64,000 nucleotides of DNA, taken from IMG/VR virus record IMGVR_UViG_3300025133_000027, positions 112,255 through 176,254 of that record; one strand, 5' to 3'. Each line of letters opens with the position of its first letter. Within the stretch, counting starts at the first letter, position 1. The notes beneath the pieces are model-generated. The model was not told where the DNA came from. It ran no database searches and was given only the letters and a program-made list of their open reading frames with translations. A program made the translations under genes and the position numbers. This document shows positions 17,948 to 28,488 of the stretch, in pieces. This DNA comes from a virus.

Positions 17948-19576
17948 ATGTCAACAAAAGAAAATCAAGTTGCAGCATTCTGGAAAGCAGTTAGAAATGA
18001 TAACACAAAAGCGGCAAGACGTGTTCTTGATGCGATGCCGAGCGGAACTGAAACAAACAAACTCAGGAAATATCTATCAAGTATAAAAGCAAGTGGCAAC
18101 AAGAGTTTTAAACAGAATGTAAAAGATGAATTTAACCTCAATGGATTTTCATCTTTCGGTGAAACTATTCGCACCTTGACACAGAAATCATATAATCTTT
18201 CAAAAGTAGTAGAAACAAATCGCATTGAGTTGCAGAAATCCTTCGGGAAAAACTCAGCATTTACCAGAGAGTTTATTGTAAATCTTGAGAAGAAAGGTAG
18301 AAATCTTGCGGACCTGGGATCCTCTTTCGATGAGCTTACCGAAGTTTCCACTGCTTTCGCAGAAGGCTATGTTAAAACTGCGACAAAGCCTATGTCCAAG
18401 ACTATAGATCATTATAGTGAATTTGCGATGGTCAATAAAAGATTTGGTTTTGGTGTTAAAGAGACTGTAGAGTTTGTGAACAAGCTGACTACTGGGGCAA
18501 ATTTAGCAGGAAACAAGATTCGTGACCTAGGTTCAAGAATGTTTCAAGCTCATAGGGAGACTGGCGTTCCTTACGGAACCCTTATGCGGGATCTTACAAG
18601 CAACTTTTATGATTTATCTGATCAAGTTACTAAGGTTTCAACGAGTAGTGTTTCAAAAGAGTTTATGAAGTTCTCTGCTGTTGCCAGAAGGACTGGTGAA
18701 AGTGTCTCAACTCTTATTGGAATGACGAAACAATTTGATACTATTGGCACTGGTATGGCTGCCGGTGGTAAAATGAACAGGTTGCTACAACACTTTGGAA
18801 GCTCATTTGACACAGCCAAAGCCATGTTGATGAACCGCTCAGATCGTATGAAATATATTATCTCAAGAGTAGCTAAAGCCGGTGATCGATTTAGACAAGG
18901 CTCAGAGCACCAAAGAAGAGCTATGATGGTAGCTTTTAGAGATACTGGCTTACCAGAAGGCCTTATCAGACAAGCCCTCGCTGTAAAAAGTGCATCAGGA
19001 ATTCAAGCCCTGATGGAAAGGACTATGAAAACTAGTGGCGGTAACAGTGCCAAAGGTGCTATGAGAGATCGAGCAGGTGAAATGACATCAAGGGCTCAAA
19101 GAGAGAGGGCTAGATATGATGGTCTGTTAAAAGCAGCAGTTTCTCTTGAGAGAATCACTTCGAAAGTTGAAAGAGGAATCACTCTTACTTTCAGGAAAGT
19201 GATCCCAACCTTACTCGGTAAGTTATTCGATAACAAAATTGGAAAAAGTTTAGGAAATATTAGCTCAGGATTTGAAGAAAAAGTTAACGAAATACTTGAA
19301 AAAGGCCTCCGAGCAAAATTAGGAGGCCTTAACGGCCCGGTTACAATTAATTGGGCAGAAGAATCAAGAGTTGGTGAGATCCAGGCGAATACACTTAAGA
19401 TCAGAACCGTCGAAAACCAAGCTTCTCAAGAGCGCAGCCGAATAAAAGAAAGACGAGATGCCGAATCTCACTCACATCTTAGTTATTTACCTATAATAGC
19501 AAGGCACTTGGAAAGAATAGCATCTAGGAGCGGACAACCAGTTGCGCCTGTTAGGCCTAAAAGAATAGGAGAATAA
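17948..19576 (+). CDS. Tape measure-like protein
   Basis: Helical Ala/Gly/Lys-rich 542 aa protein following the chaperone. Confidence 0.65.
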   Translation: MSTKENQVAAFWKAVRNDNTKAARRVLDAMPSGTETNKLRKYLSSIKASGNKSFKQNVKDEFNLNGFSSFGETIRTLTQKSYNLSKVVETNRIELQKSFGKNSAFTREFIVNLEKKGRNLADLGSSFDELTEVSTAFAEGYVKTATKPMSKTIDHYSEFAMVNKRFGFGVKETVEFVNKLTTGANLAGNKIRDLGSRMFQAHRETGVPYGTLMRDLTSNFYDLSDQVTKVSTSSVSKEFMKFSAVARRTGESVSTLIGMTKQFDTIGTGMAAGGKMNRLLQHFGSSFDTAKAMLMNRSDRMKYIISRVAKAGDRFRQGSEHQRRAMMVAFRDTGLPEGLIRQALAVKSASGIQALMERTMKTSGGNSAKGAMRDRAGEMTSRAQRERARYDGLLKAAVSLERITSKVERGITLTFRKVIPTLLGKLFDNKIGKSLGNISSGFEEKVNEILEKGLRAKLGGLNGPVTINWAEESRVGEIQANTLKIRTVENQASQERSRIKERRDAESHSHLSYLPIIARHLERIASRSGQPVAPVRPKRIGE

Positions 19577-19582
19577 CAAATA

Positions 19583-20350
19583 ATGTCAAGTTTCGAACTA
19601 TCAGGTCATATACAAAAAGCAATAGCAGCAGCTAATGCAAGCCCAACAGAAGCATCTTTAAGAACTAAGTATCCATTTGCAAATGTTATTATACAATTTG
19701 CTACAAGAAAAGAGGCTGCTCCTGTTATACTGCCAGCTTATGTTAAGACTGTGGATAATAGTTTTACTCCTGGTTTCTCAAACGTTGAGGTCTATGGACG
19801 TATGGATCCAATCCCAGTTTACTCAGGAACTACAAGAACTGTGACTCTAACACTTGGGTTGCCAGTTTTTAGTGAGACTCACGGTCTTTACCTGCTTGAA
19901 CAAATGAATACTATAGCAAAAGGCCTTTATCCGACTTATGAAAACTCTCAAGGGAGTCTAATTATTAATAGCCCTCCTCTTTGGAGATTAAAGTTTGCAA
20001 ACCTAATTTGCAACCCAGTAAACAATAAACTTGGCCTACTTGGATATGTAAATGGTGGCCTTAATATGTCCCATGCTATTGAACAGAAAGGAGTTTTCGT
20101 TTCATCTGAGGATGGACAAGGTCTTTTGATTCCTAAATCTTGGGAACTTAGTTTAAGTTACAATGTATTACACGAAAAAACTCCTGGGTTTGTAAAAGGA
20201 AAGTTTAAGGGTGGAGACAGTTTTCCACATAGCACAGGCTTTGAAGAAGTATTGGTCGACACAGTAACCGATGCGCTACCTGAAACTAGCGCAAAGAATA
20301 CTGCAAGATTTTTAAACTCTCCAGAAAGCATGAAAATTTTGGAGAATTAA
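19583..20350 (+). CDS. Baseplate tube initiator-like protein
   Basis: VYGRMDPI..Y..T.R and LYP.Y...PP..RLKF.NL motifs. Confidence 0.65.
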   Translation: MSSFELSGHIQKAIAAANASPTEASLRTKYPFANVIIQFATRKEAAPVILPAYVKTVDNSFTPGFSNVEVYGRMDPIPVYSGTTRTVTLTLGLPVFSETHGLYLLEQMNTIAKGLYPTYENSQGSLIINSPPLWRLKFANLICNPVNNKLGLLGYVNGGLNMSHAIEQKGVFVSSEDGQGLLIPKSWELSLSYNVLHEKTPGFVKGKFKGGDSFPHSTGFEEVLVDTVTDALPETSAKNTARFLNSPESMKILEN

Positions 20351-20695
20351 ATGCCAACATCAAGATACGAAAAATCAGAAGACACTGTTATCACGGATTT
20401 AAGATACAAGCAGAAATTCAACTCAAGATGGATGCCTAATGGAATTTCTGTTTTAGAAAACCCAGAACTTCATTACCCAACTGATATTGAAAAACAAGAT
20501 CTAACGATTGCCAGTATCAGGTGGAAACTTGGAGATCGTCTATATAAGTTAGCTCATACTTATTATGGAGACTCTTCATACTGGTGGATTATAGCTTTCT
20601 ATAACAAAAAACCAACAGAACAATCAATCGAGATTGGCGATCTAATTGAAGTCCCAACGTCCCTTACCGACATCCTCTCAATTTATGGTGTATAA
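20351..20695 (+). CDS. LysM/tail-X (gp53-like) baseplate protein
   Basis: GDRL.KLA..YYGD..YWWIIA.YN...GD.I.VP. Confidence 0.85.
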   Translation: MPTSRYEKSEDTVITDLRYKQKFNSRWMPNGISVLENPELHYPTDIEKQDLTIASIRWKLGDRLYKLAHTYYGDSSYWWIIAFYNKKPTEQSIEIGDLIEVPTSLTDILSIYGV

Positions 20696-23235
20696 TGAAA
20701 CACGTTTATTTTCCGATAAATAACCTGAATTCTCAGGGATGGATTACTGATTTTATCACAAGTAAGATTAGTAGAAGCCCAAGAGATCAGTTGGCTAACG
20801 CTTTCTATGGAAATGTAGATCATAAATCTAAGATCTTTAGTATACATCCTAAATTTCATGACGAGATTCAGAGTAGGTGTCTAACTCCAAAGACTAGGAA
20901 GGACTCTGTCGAATATGCTAAATATCTAAAGTTTATGTCTAATATTAGACCAGAGCAAGTTGCGGCTTTATACCCAAAACTACAATTAAGTTATATCTAC
21001 CAGAAAGATAAGAAATCACCAAAGGTTAAAATCCCATTCCCATTCAGACTTACAACTGATGTTGACTCCATACTAGAAAACGCATTTAGTCGTGGTGATG
21101 GTTCTGGTATTCAAAGTATGACAACCAAAAGAGAATTCAAATATCTTGGAGATGTTATGAATGTAGAGGTAGACTTGTCTTTCTACTTTCAAAGTATGTC
21201 TACTTTTACGAAAGAGATTGAGCACAAGAAGTTACCATCTGGTGTGAAGTTCAGCTTCATTAAATTAATTTCTGCTTTAAAACCTAACGAAAAAATTGAA
21301 CTTGAATATGGTTGGGGCGCTAGTCATGGAGTTGAAAACGCTCTGATCCCGACAGCAATGATTGAAGCAATTAATAAATATGAAACAAAGAAGTTTTTAT
21401 TGCACTATATTAATCACGACCTATCTTTTGAGAAGGATGGTTCGATTAGTCTAAGAGGAACCTACTATTGGAGTGGAGAAGCTGGGCTATATGCACAAGC
21501 AGAGCTTACCGATATTGATAAAAAGAAAATTGATGGTATGGATAATATTGAAGTCTCTAAGAAGCAAAAGAAGATATTGAAAAAGGCTGCTGCTTATAAA
21601 TCTAGTATAAAAATAATAGAAGAGTATCTTAAAAACACAAAACCAATAAAGAGAAATAATAACCCTGTCACTCTTACCGAGGATGATTTTTATGATGAAC
21701 TTCTAGATGAGCTTGATGGGCCAAGAATATCCTCTGGTTTTCTAGAAAGACAAAATAGATTATCCAAATCAGATAAAAGCCTCAAGGCTCTTAAAAAAGT
21801 AAGACGAAAAAAAGACAGACTAAATAAGAAGTTAAACTCTCTTAACCGAGAAATAAGACAAGGGTTGTCAGGATTTATTATTGACAACCTTATACTTGAG
21901 CATAAAATGTTTCATGTTAATTTTAAAACAAGCAAATCTAATGCTGTCGTAGACAATATCTATACAGCCGAGGCCGATATCAGCAAGATTATGTATGTTG
22001 ATGGCAAGAAAGAAATTTTTAAGATAAAAACTATTCAAGATCAAGTCCGAGTTGAGAAGATCCAAAAAGCATACACTCTTATGTATGATAAGATTTTTAA
22101 TATCAACTCGAAAGGGAAGTATTTTGGTGACGCCACCTTTTTCAGCTTTAGATCTTTAGCTGAAGTAGTGTATTCATTATTAAACAAGGAACAAGCCGCA
22201 CCACTACCTCTTATGTGTCTTGGTAATGTTACTGCTAGAAGCTCAGATGATTTGTATACTATCAATATTGGAGATGTTCTTATAGAAACAAAGACATTTC
22301 AGGATTGGTTTTACACAAATTTCATAAGAACTGATCTTGCTAATATTTCATTTATTGATTTTATGAACGAGGCAATGGAAGACTTAATTCCTACTGTTTT
22401 AAATGAGAATTTAGTGCTCGATAATAGCCAGACAAGAATTGGTGTCATCAAGAAGACGTTCTTAACATATGAAGGCAATGTCGGAGATCCTTTATTTGCT
22501 CAACTATATGAAAGAGCAGATAGGTTCGCTTTAGAACAATTTTTAGAAAAAACAAGTGATAGAGGGTTAAAAATAGGAACTCCTATGGTGATATTCCATG
22601 AGGTAAAGACAACTAGCACGTCTCTTAATTCTGGATATTTTAGCAAGATTATTGGAAACAAAACAGAAAGCTTTAACGAGATAAGAGATTCTAAACTAGG
22701 AATTCCTCATATTAAAATCGGAGCAGATGATGGCTTGTTGATAAATGTTAGTTTTGCAGGTGTTGGTCAGCCAGGGATAAGAACATCATATTGGCTTGCT
22801 GCAAATAAAGACAGCACTGAGAGTATCATGACCGAGCATTACACAGCTACCTTGTCTCTTATCGGAAACAACATATTCTTTAAAGGAGGCTACTTTGCTA
22901 TTCCATCAAACCCACTTGGGGGCAGAGGTGCTTTTGACCCTGGTATTGTTGGATATTACTCTATGATCTCAGTAACTGATTCTATTGATTCAAACGGTAA
23001 TTATACAACTCAAGTATCTGGTCCCTGGATGGATAATCCAGAAGCCAGGAAAAGAACTTCAGATAAAGCAAAGTTCAAGGAAAAAATCGACACTAATAAA
23101 ATCGATGATCACACAAAACACTTTTCTTCCATTACATATATAAAAGATTATCTAGATAGCAATATTGAATTAGGAGATAATGTTGGTTTAAATGATAATA
23201 AAGCAATTAAGAAGCTAAAAAAACTAGGGTTTTAA
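20695..23235 (+). CDS. Baseplate hub-like protein
   Basis: LEYGW near the N-terminus; C-terminal L.LIGN..F..G...GYY...V.D......YTT; synteny. Confidence 0.55.
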   Translation: MKHVYFPINNLNSQGWITDFITSKISRSPRDQLANAFYGNVDHKSKIFSIHPKFHDEIQSRCLTPKTRKDSVEYAKYLKFMSNIRPEQVAALYPKLQLSYIYQKDKKSPKVKIPFPFRLTTDVDSILENAFSRGDGSGIQSMTTKREFKYLGDVMNVEVDLSFYFQSMSTFTKEIEHKKLPSGVKFSFIKLISALKPNEKIELEYGWGASHGVENALIPTAMIEAINKYETKKFLLHYINHDLSFEKDGSISLRGTYYWSGEAGLYAQAELTDIDKKKIDGMDNIEVSKKQKKILKKAAAYKSSIKIIEEYLKNTKPIKRNNNPVTLTEDDFYDELLDELDGPRISSGFLERQNRLSKSDKSLKALKKVRRKKDRLNKKLNSLNREIRQGLSGFIIDNLILEHKMFHVNFKTSKSNAVVDNIYTAEADISKIMYVDGKKEIFKIKTIQDQVRVEKIQKAYTLMYDKIFNINSKGKYFGDATFFSFRSLAEVVYSLLNKEQAAPLPLMCLGNVTARSSDDLYTINIGDVLIETKTFQDWFYTNFIRTDLANISFIDFMNEAMEDLIPTVLNENLVLDNSQTRIGVIKKTFLTYEGNVGDPLFAQLYERADRFALEQFLEKTSDRGLKIGTPMVIFHEVKTTSTSLNSGYFSKIIGNKTESFNEIRDSKLGIPHIKIGADDGLLINVSFAGVGQPGIRTSYWLAANKDSTESIMTEHYTATLSLIGNNIFFKGGYFAIPSNPLGGRGAFDPGIVGYYSMISVTDSIDSNGNYTTQVSGPWMDNPEARKRTSDKAKFKEKIDTNKIDDHTKHFSSITYIKDYLDSNIELGDNVGLNDNKAIKKLKKLGF

Positions 23236-23238
23236 ACA

Positions 23239-24378
23239 ATGATATCAAAAGCAAACAATAAATCCGGGCCTAAAGAGTTCTATAAAAATAGAGTTAAGTT
23301 TGAAGAGTCTGTTGATAAGACACAGCAAATAGATTTATGGAAAGAAATCCCGCTATATGGAAAAATAAATACTATTGGGACATCTGTTGTGGTAAGGGAA
23401 AATAAATTATCTTTATTCTCGGCAGATAGTCAAAATGTTCATGGATTACTAGATTTTGCAGCAGATGCTTTTTTAGCTTTGAAGGCTGAGTATGATTCTT
23501 TTTCTAATCGAGGTCTTTTAAATCAAAATTCATTATTTGGAGTAAAACTCATCCCAAAATTAGGATGGGTTAGCGCTAAAACAAGATATTCAAGTTACAT
23601 AACAGAATACTACAATATAATGATGCAGAAATATCTGGCAAAGAACGCTTTTAGTGACAACCTTGTAGACTATCCCTCTTTCGTTTCAGGGGTTGAATCT
23701 TATATCTTAGATAACAATAACCCTTTTACTAGGCATGGATTTCACGAATCTAACTTTAATCATAGCCTTACATCTGGCTTGTCAATTGAGTTCGAAACGG
23801 TAGCAGATGTAACAGATGCTATTAGGGAAGAATGGTTCACTGATCCAAACTTTAATTTCTTTAAGAATCTTTGTGTAAGACATGGGTTCAAAGTTAACAG
23901 AGGCTTGCCTTGGAGAATCACTTTTGATATAAGGTCAAAACTATCTACTCCTTATATTGTTTCGAGGAACAAAAATATACCACAGGAGTTTACCTCAGCG
24001 ATAGAGTATGTATTTAAGACTTATTACCAAGATTTATTAACCAGTGACATTTTTAAAGAATTCAAATTCTTGCTAGGAAGAACGTATGATATATTCAGAT
24101 ATCAATTCCCTCTGTATGGTGAGAATAAGAAAAGAATCAATAATCAAGATGTGTTTACAGACCTTGACTACTTTGAACTTTATGGTAGAATAAGAAACCA
24201 AGAAAGAAAAGAAGAAATTAGTAAGAAAGAAATAAGTTCTATATATAAAAACTCTAAACTAGAAAGTAAAGATTATATAGCTAAGAAAGTTCTAGAATAT
24301 ATAGAGCTAAAAACAGGCACAATTGGATACAGACGGAAGACAGCGAATTTGATCAACTTGCAGAGAAAGTTGATCTAG
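23239..24378 (+). CDS. Hypothetical protein, end of tail module
   Basis: 379 aa ORF. Confidence 0.7.
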   Translation: MISKANNKSGPKEFYKNRVKFEESVDKTQQIDLWKEIPLYGKINTIGTSVVVRENKLSLFSADSQNVHGLLDFAADAFLALKAEYDSFSNRGLLNQNSLFGVKLIPKLGWVSAKTRYSSYITEYYNIMMQKYLAKNAFSDNLVDYPSFVSGVESYILDNNNPFTRHGFHESNFNHSLTSGLSIEFETVADVTDAIREEWFTDPNFNFFKNLCVRHGFKVNRGLPWRITFDIRSKLSTPYIVSRNKNIPQEFTSAIEYVFKTYYQDLLTSDIFKEFKFLLGRTYDIFRYQFPLYGENKKRINNQDVFTDLDYFELYGRIRNQERKEEISKKEISSIYKNSKLESKDYIAKKVLEYIELKTGTIGYRRKTANLINLQRKLI

Positions 24379-24386
24379 GATAGACT
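24358..24386 (+). promoter_or_regulatory. sigma70-like promoter
   Basis: TTGCAG-N17-TAGACT, overlapped by the inverted repeat GATCAACTT/AAGTTGATC. Confidence 0.5.
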
Positions 24387-24403
24387 TATTCTCACAAATA
24401 GAG

Positions 24404-25582
24404 GTGAAAATGAGCTTTCAAGTTTTAGAAACAAGTAAAAAATGTGCAACGATATATAAAGATGATAAATTACATACAAGAATCTTTCCAAAAAACCTAG
24501 ATGCTACTTGGTCTCCACACTGTGAGATGCCATTAGACGTGTTATATGCAAAACACTATGTGGCAGGGCTCTCAATCGAAGAAGTCACGCCAGAGAACCT
24601 CCTAGGCCCCTTGAAGAAGGCATCTGATAAGATGCAGGCCTGTGCGAAAGCATTGGTAAGCTCAAAAGTAAACTTAACAGATAATTGTCTTCATGAAGTC
24701 ATACCTTTTAGAATTTTAAAAGAGTTTTATGACCTTAAAAATCAAGTTGTCGATCATGTTATTGAGTCAAGGGAGCAACCAAAGAATTATCAATTCCTGG
24801 TAGACTTAGATCTCTTACTGCAAGAAATGGCTAAACAAGAGTTAAATCTTAAAAGAGTTCGAACTCTTATGTTGCCAACTAGATCAGACAAGATCAAAGC
24901 AACAAAGCTCGTTAAGGGACCCAACAAGGTCTTGTATAAAATGAATGCTTCGAAAACTGGGAGGCTTACTTTACATGAAGAAAGTTTCCCTATTCTTAAT
25001 TTAAAGAAGAATCTCAGAACTGTAATATATCCAAAAAATGATTTATTTCTAGAATTGGATTTTAATGCTAGTGAAGTAAGAACTCTTTTGGCTTTATCCG
25101 GTATTGAACAGCCAGGAATAGATATTCATGAGTGGAATATTCTGAATATTTTCAAAGGAAATACAGATAGGGCCGAAGCAAAGAGTAAGTTCTTCTTCTG
25201 GTTATTTAATCCAGAAGCAGTAAATCTTGCCATAGAGAAATTCTATAGTAAGAAGATAGTTGACAATTACTACCAAGATGGTATGATAGTGACACCTTTC
25301 CACAGAAAGATTCCGTCAGATGATTTTCACGCACTAAATTACTTAGTGCAGAGCACTGCATCTGATAACTTTTTAACACAAGCTCTAAAATTACATAAGT
25401 ATCTAAATAAGAAACGCTCGTTCGTGTCATTGTTGATGCACGATGCTATCCTAATAGACTTATCGTATGAAGAGATATCGGATCTTGAGGAAATTGTGGA
25501 TATATTCTCTAAAACTACTCTTGGTAAGTTTAAGATAAACAAGTCCATTGGTAAGAATTACGGAGAAATGAAAGCAGTATGA
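24404..25582 (+). CDS. polA: Minimal family A DNA polymerase (polymerase domain only)
   Basis: TGRL, ELDFNASEVR (motif A), DIH, R.EAK (motif B), NYLVQSTASD, MHDAI (motif C). Confidence 0.8.
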   Translation: MKMSFQVLETSKKCATIYKDDKLHTRIFPKNLDATWSPHCEMPLDVLYAKHYVAGLSIEEVTPENLLGPLKKASDKMQACAKALVSSKVNLTDNCLHEVIPFRILKEFYDLKNQVVDHVIESREQPKNYQFLVDLDLLLQEMAKQELNLKRVRTLMLPTRSDKIKATKLVKGPNKVLYKMNASKTGRLTLHEESFPILNLKKNLRTVIYPKNDLFLELDFNASEVRTLLALSGIEQPGIDIHEWNILNIFKGNTDRAEAKSKFFFWLFNPEAVNLAIEKFYSKKIVDNYYQDGMIVTPFHRKIPSDDFHALNYLVQSTASDNFLTQALKLHKYLNKKRSFVSLLMHDAILIDLSYEEISDLEEIVDIFSKTTLGKFKINKSIGKNYGEMKAV

Positions 25583-26379
25583 AAACAATAATAGGATTAG
25601 GAAAAGCAGGTTGTTCAACAGCAAGGCTCTTCAAAGGCAACATGTATGATGTACAAACGATAGATACATCAAATGCAGATGTTCTTATTGAAGAAGTCGA
25701 CACAATTGAGGCCTATGAAAAAGCAGCAGCCTCGATGAGCTCATTAACGACAGAGGATGAAGTCTATTTTATTCTAGCAGGTGGGGGAAAGATTGCTGGA
25801 GCTTCTTTATCAATATTGGAAAAGATTAAAGATAAGAAAATTACAGTAGTGTATATAAAACCTGATATCGGGCTGTTAAATGACCACGAAAAACTCAGCG
25901 AAAGGCTCATTTACAAGGTCTTGCAGGAATTCGTTAGATCAGGTATGATTCATGGGTTGGTTCTGGCAAGTAATTCGCACATAGAGAAGCAATTAGGCGG
26001 AATAGGATTTAATGATTATTATCATCTTATAAACGAAAGAATAGCAAAAACTCTACAGATGTGTGATTATTTGTCACAAGCAAAATCTATAATTGGAGAA
26101 TTGAGAGAACCTTCTGATTATAGCAGGATTGGAACAATAGGTGTCCGTGAAGGTGGAAAAGATTACCTTCTTTTCCCTATTGACTTAATCCGAGAGAAAC
26201 GGTATCTTTATGCCATACCAGAAGAGAAACTTGCAACACACAAGACTCTTCTGTCAGAAATTAAAGAGGTATTAGAAGTTGGCAAAGAGGCCATCAAGAT
26301 ATCATATAAGGTCGTGTCCACCACATATAAGGACACACAAGTTTTTGTTCAATGTTATTCAAACAAGGTTCAAGATTAA
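25579..26379 (+). CDS. Tubulin/FtsZ-like GTPase-domain protein
   Basis: IIGLGKAGCS N-terminus, IDT, degenerate AGGGKIAG signature loop. Confidence 0.6.
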   Translation: MKTIIGLGKAGCSTARLFKGNMYDVQTIDTSNADVLIEEVDTIEAYEKAAASMSSLTTEDEVYFILAGGGKIAGASLSILEKIKDKKITVVYIKPDIGLLNDHEKLSERLIYKVLQEFVRSGMIHGLVLASNSHIEKQLGGIGFNDYYHLINERIAKTLQMCDYLSQAKSIIGELREPSDYSRIGTIGVREGGKDYLLFPIDLIREKRYLYAIPEEKLATHKTLLSEIKEVLEVGKEAIKISYKVVSTTYKDTQVFVQCYSNKVQD

Positions 26380-26464
26380 ACAAAAACACCCAAAACAAGT
26401 ATAATACTAATCGCGGAGAGGGAATATTTGCTCTCTCTATAATTTTAAAAAGGAAAAAAATAAT

Positions 26465-27184
26465 ATGGCTTTAGACTTACGAAAAATGAAATCAAAACAA
26501 CAGAATCTCAACGGCGGAGGGTTTCAATGGAAGCCTCAAGACGGTGAGAATCTGATTCGCATCGTGCCGGTGCCAGACGGAGACCCCTTCAAGGAAGTCC
26601 ATCTGCACTATAACATTGAAAGAGGTGGTGTCCTCTGCCCAAAGAGAAACTTTGGTGAAGAGTGCCCTGCTTGTGACTATGCTTCATCACTATTTAACAG
26701 TGGCGATGAGGAGAGCCGAAAGGCAGCAAAAGATATCGTGGCAAAAAAGAGATTCTACTCTCCTGTCATTGATAGAAACGATGCAAACGGAGGTGTCCGT
26801 TGGTATGCATATAGCAAGACAGTATATGAAAAAATGTTGAGCTTGGTTCTAAACCCTGATTATGGAGATATTACTGACCCTGAATCAGGAACTGACCTAA
26901 ATATTACATACTCAAAGGGTGGAAAGGGTACGTTCCCATCAACTGACGTGCAGCCGAAGCGAAAATCGTCTATTCTCTCGAAAGACGAGGCTCTATTGAC
27001 TGAAATTGCTGAAAAAGATTATGATATCTTTAACAACTTCAAGCGAAAGAGCCCTGAAGAGATCAAGGAATTGCTAGATGTTTACCTACTAGGCGATGAT
27101 AACGCCGAAGAAGGAGGTGATGTATCACCGGCAAATGAAAAATCGTTGGTAGACGAAGTTTACCAGAAGCTTAGAAAAAGCTAA
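26465..27184 (+). CDS. gp32: Single-stranded DNA-binding protein, gp32-like
   Basis: IRIVP, H-C-C-C zinc site (HY...CP...CPAC), DITDPESG.D motif, acidic tail. Confidence 0.85.
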   Translation: MALDLRKMKSKQQNLNGGGFQWKPQDGENLIRIVPVPDGDPFKEVHLHYNIERGGVLCPKRNFGEECPACDYASSLFNSGDEESRKAAKDIVAKKRFYSPVIDRNDANGGVRWYAYSKTVYEKMLSLVLNPDYGDITDPESGTDLNITYSKGGKGTFPSTDVQPKRKSSILSKDEALLTEIAEKDYDIFNNFKRKSPEEIKELLDVYLLGDDNAEEGGDVSPANEKSLVDEVYQKLRKS

Positions 27185-27199
27185 GGGTCTAGCATAGTG

Positions 27200-27242
27200 A
27201 GTTCCAAGCTATGTTGAAATATATGTAGCTTGGAACTTTTTT
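27200..27242 (+). terminator. Rho-independent terminator
   Basis: AGTTCCAAGCTAT/GTAGCTTGGAACT stem followed by a T run. Confidence 0.75.
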
Positions 27243-27259
27243 ACAATAACGGAGTAGTG

Positions 27260-28387
27260 ATGGCAAGGGCTAAGAAAAAGAAAGAAGTAGTAAGAGGCAA
27301 GATAAGCACTGAACAACTAAGAGGCCTTCTTAATAAGAAGGCTGGTGAAACAATTGCTTATGACTTGGGAGCTAATAACCCTACTGATGTAGTGGATTGG
27401 ATTCCTACAGGCGCGAGATGGTTAGACTCCATTATTTGCAAAGGCAAGTTGGCAGGTATTCCTGTTGGCAAAGTTTCTGAAATCGCAGGACTAACTGCGA
27501 CAGGAAAGAGCTATATGGCTGCGCAGATTGCGGCTAATGCCCAGAAGAAAGGAATCGTCCCTGTTTACTTCGACTCAGAGTCAGCACTAGACTCTGACTT
27601 CTTAATTAATGCCGGATGTAACTTGGAAGAGTTGATTTACATCCAGGCAAGGTCTGTAGAATTCGTTCTAGAGACAATTGAGGATATTATGGCAGCTTCT
27701 GAGACGAGGCACTTATTTATCCTTGATTCCCTTGCCTTCACTCCTGCTGAGTCAGACATTGCTGGTGATTATAATCCGCAATCTTCGATGGCAGTGAAGC
27801 CGCGAGTTATGGCCAAGGGTTTATCGAAATTGATAATTCCCTTGGCCAACACTCAGTCAACATTTTTGATTCTAAATCAACTTAAAACAAACATCTCGTC
27901 AAATCTCTTTGATATGAAGATGAATCCATATTTTACTCCTGGTGGTAAAGCAACCGCCTACTCTTACTCATTAAGAATCTGGCTAACTGGGAAACAAACG
28001 AAAGACTCAGCTATCTATGATGATAAGGGATATAAAGTCGGATCTGAGATTAAAGCTCGGCTAAAGAAGTCGAGATTTGGAACTGAAAACAGGACCTGTG
28101 AGTTCAAGATCTTATGGGGCGCTGACTCGGTTGCTATCCAAGATGAAGAGTCCTGGCTTGAGGCAATAAGGCCTTCGGATCAGATTAAAACAGGAGCCTG
28201 GAACACTCTCTTCTATCAAGACGGCACTGAAAAGAAGTTCCAAAGAGCTACTTGGCTTAAAGAATTAGAAGACCCTCTATTCAGAGCCGAAGTGTTAAGA
28301 ATCATGGATGAAGAAGTCATCCAGAAGTTTGAGTCAAGAGAAGGAAATGCTTCCGACTATTATGACTCACAAGATTCAGAGGAATAA
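27260..28387 (+). CDS. recA: RecA/UvsX-like recombinase
   Basis: IPTG...LD, Walker A GLTATGKS, FDSESALD, ILDSLA, NQ and TPGG motifs; ATG 27260 has a GGAG RBS. Confidence 0.92.
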   Translation: MARAKKKKEVVRGKISTEQLRGLLNKKAGETIAYDLGANNPTDVVDWIPTGARWLDSIICKGKLAGIPVGKVSEIAGLTATGKSYMAAQIAANAQKKGIVPVYFDSESALDSDFLINAGCNLEELIYIQARSVEFVLETIEDIMAASETRHLFILDSLAFTPAESDIAGDYNPQSSMAVKPRVMAKGLSKLIIPLANTQSTFLILNQLKTNISSNLFDMKMNPYFTPGGKATAYSYSLRIWLTGKQTKDSAIYDDKGYKVGSEIKARLKKSRFGTENRTCEFKILWGADSVAIQDEESWLEAIRPSDQIKTGAWNTLFYQDGTEKKFQRATWLKELEDPLFRAEVLRIMDEEVIQKFESREGNASDYYDSQDSEE

Positions 28388-28389
28388 CA

Positions 28390-28488
28390 GTGAATTACTA
28401 TAAGGTAACTCTGGTTTATGACGGAAAAGAGTTCCATGGTGGGCGACTCTTGGAAGAACTTAAGAGAATGGCAGAAGGCAATGAATAA
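28390..28488 (+). CDS. 32 aa small ORF, not in the ORF track
   Basis: GAGGA RBS and GTG start; stop overlaps ATG 28481. Confidence 0.4.
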   Translation: MNYYKVTLVYDGKEFHGGRLLEELKRMAEGNE

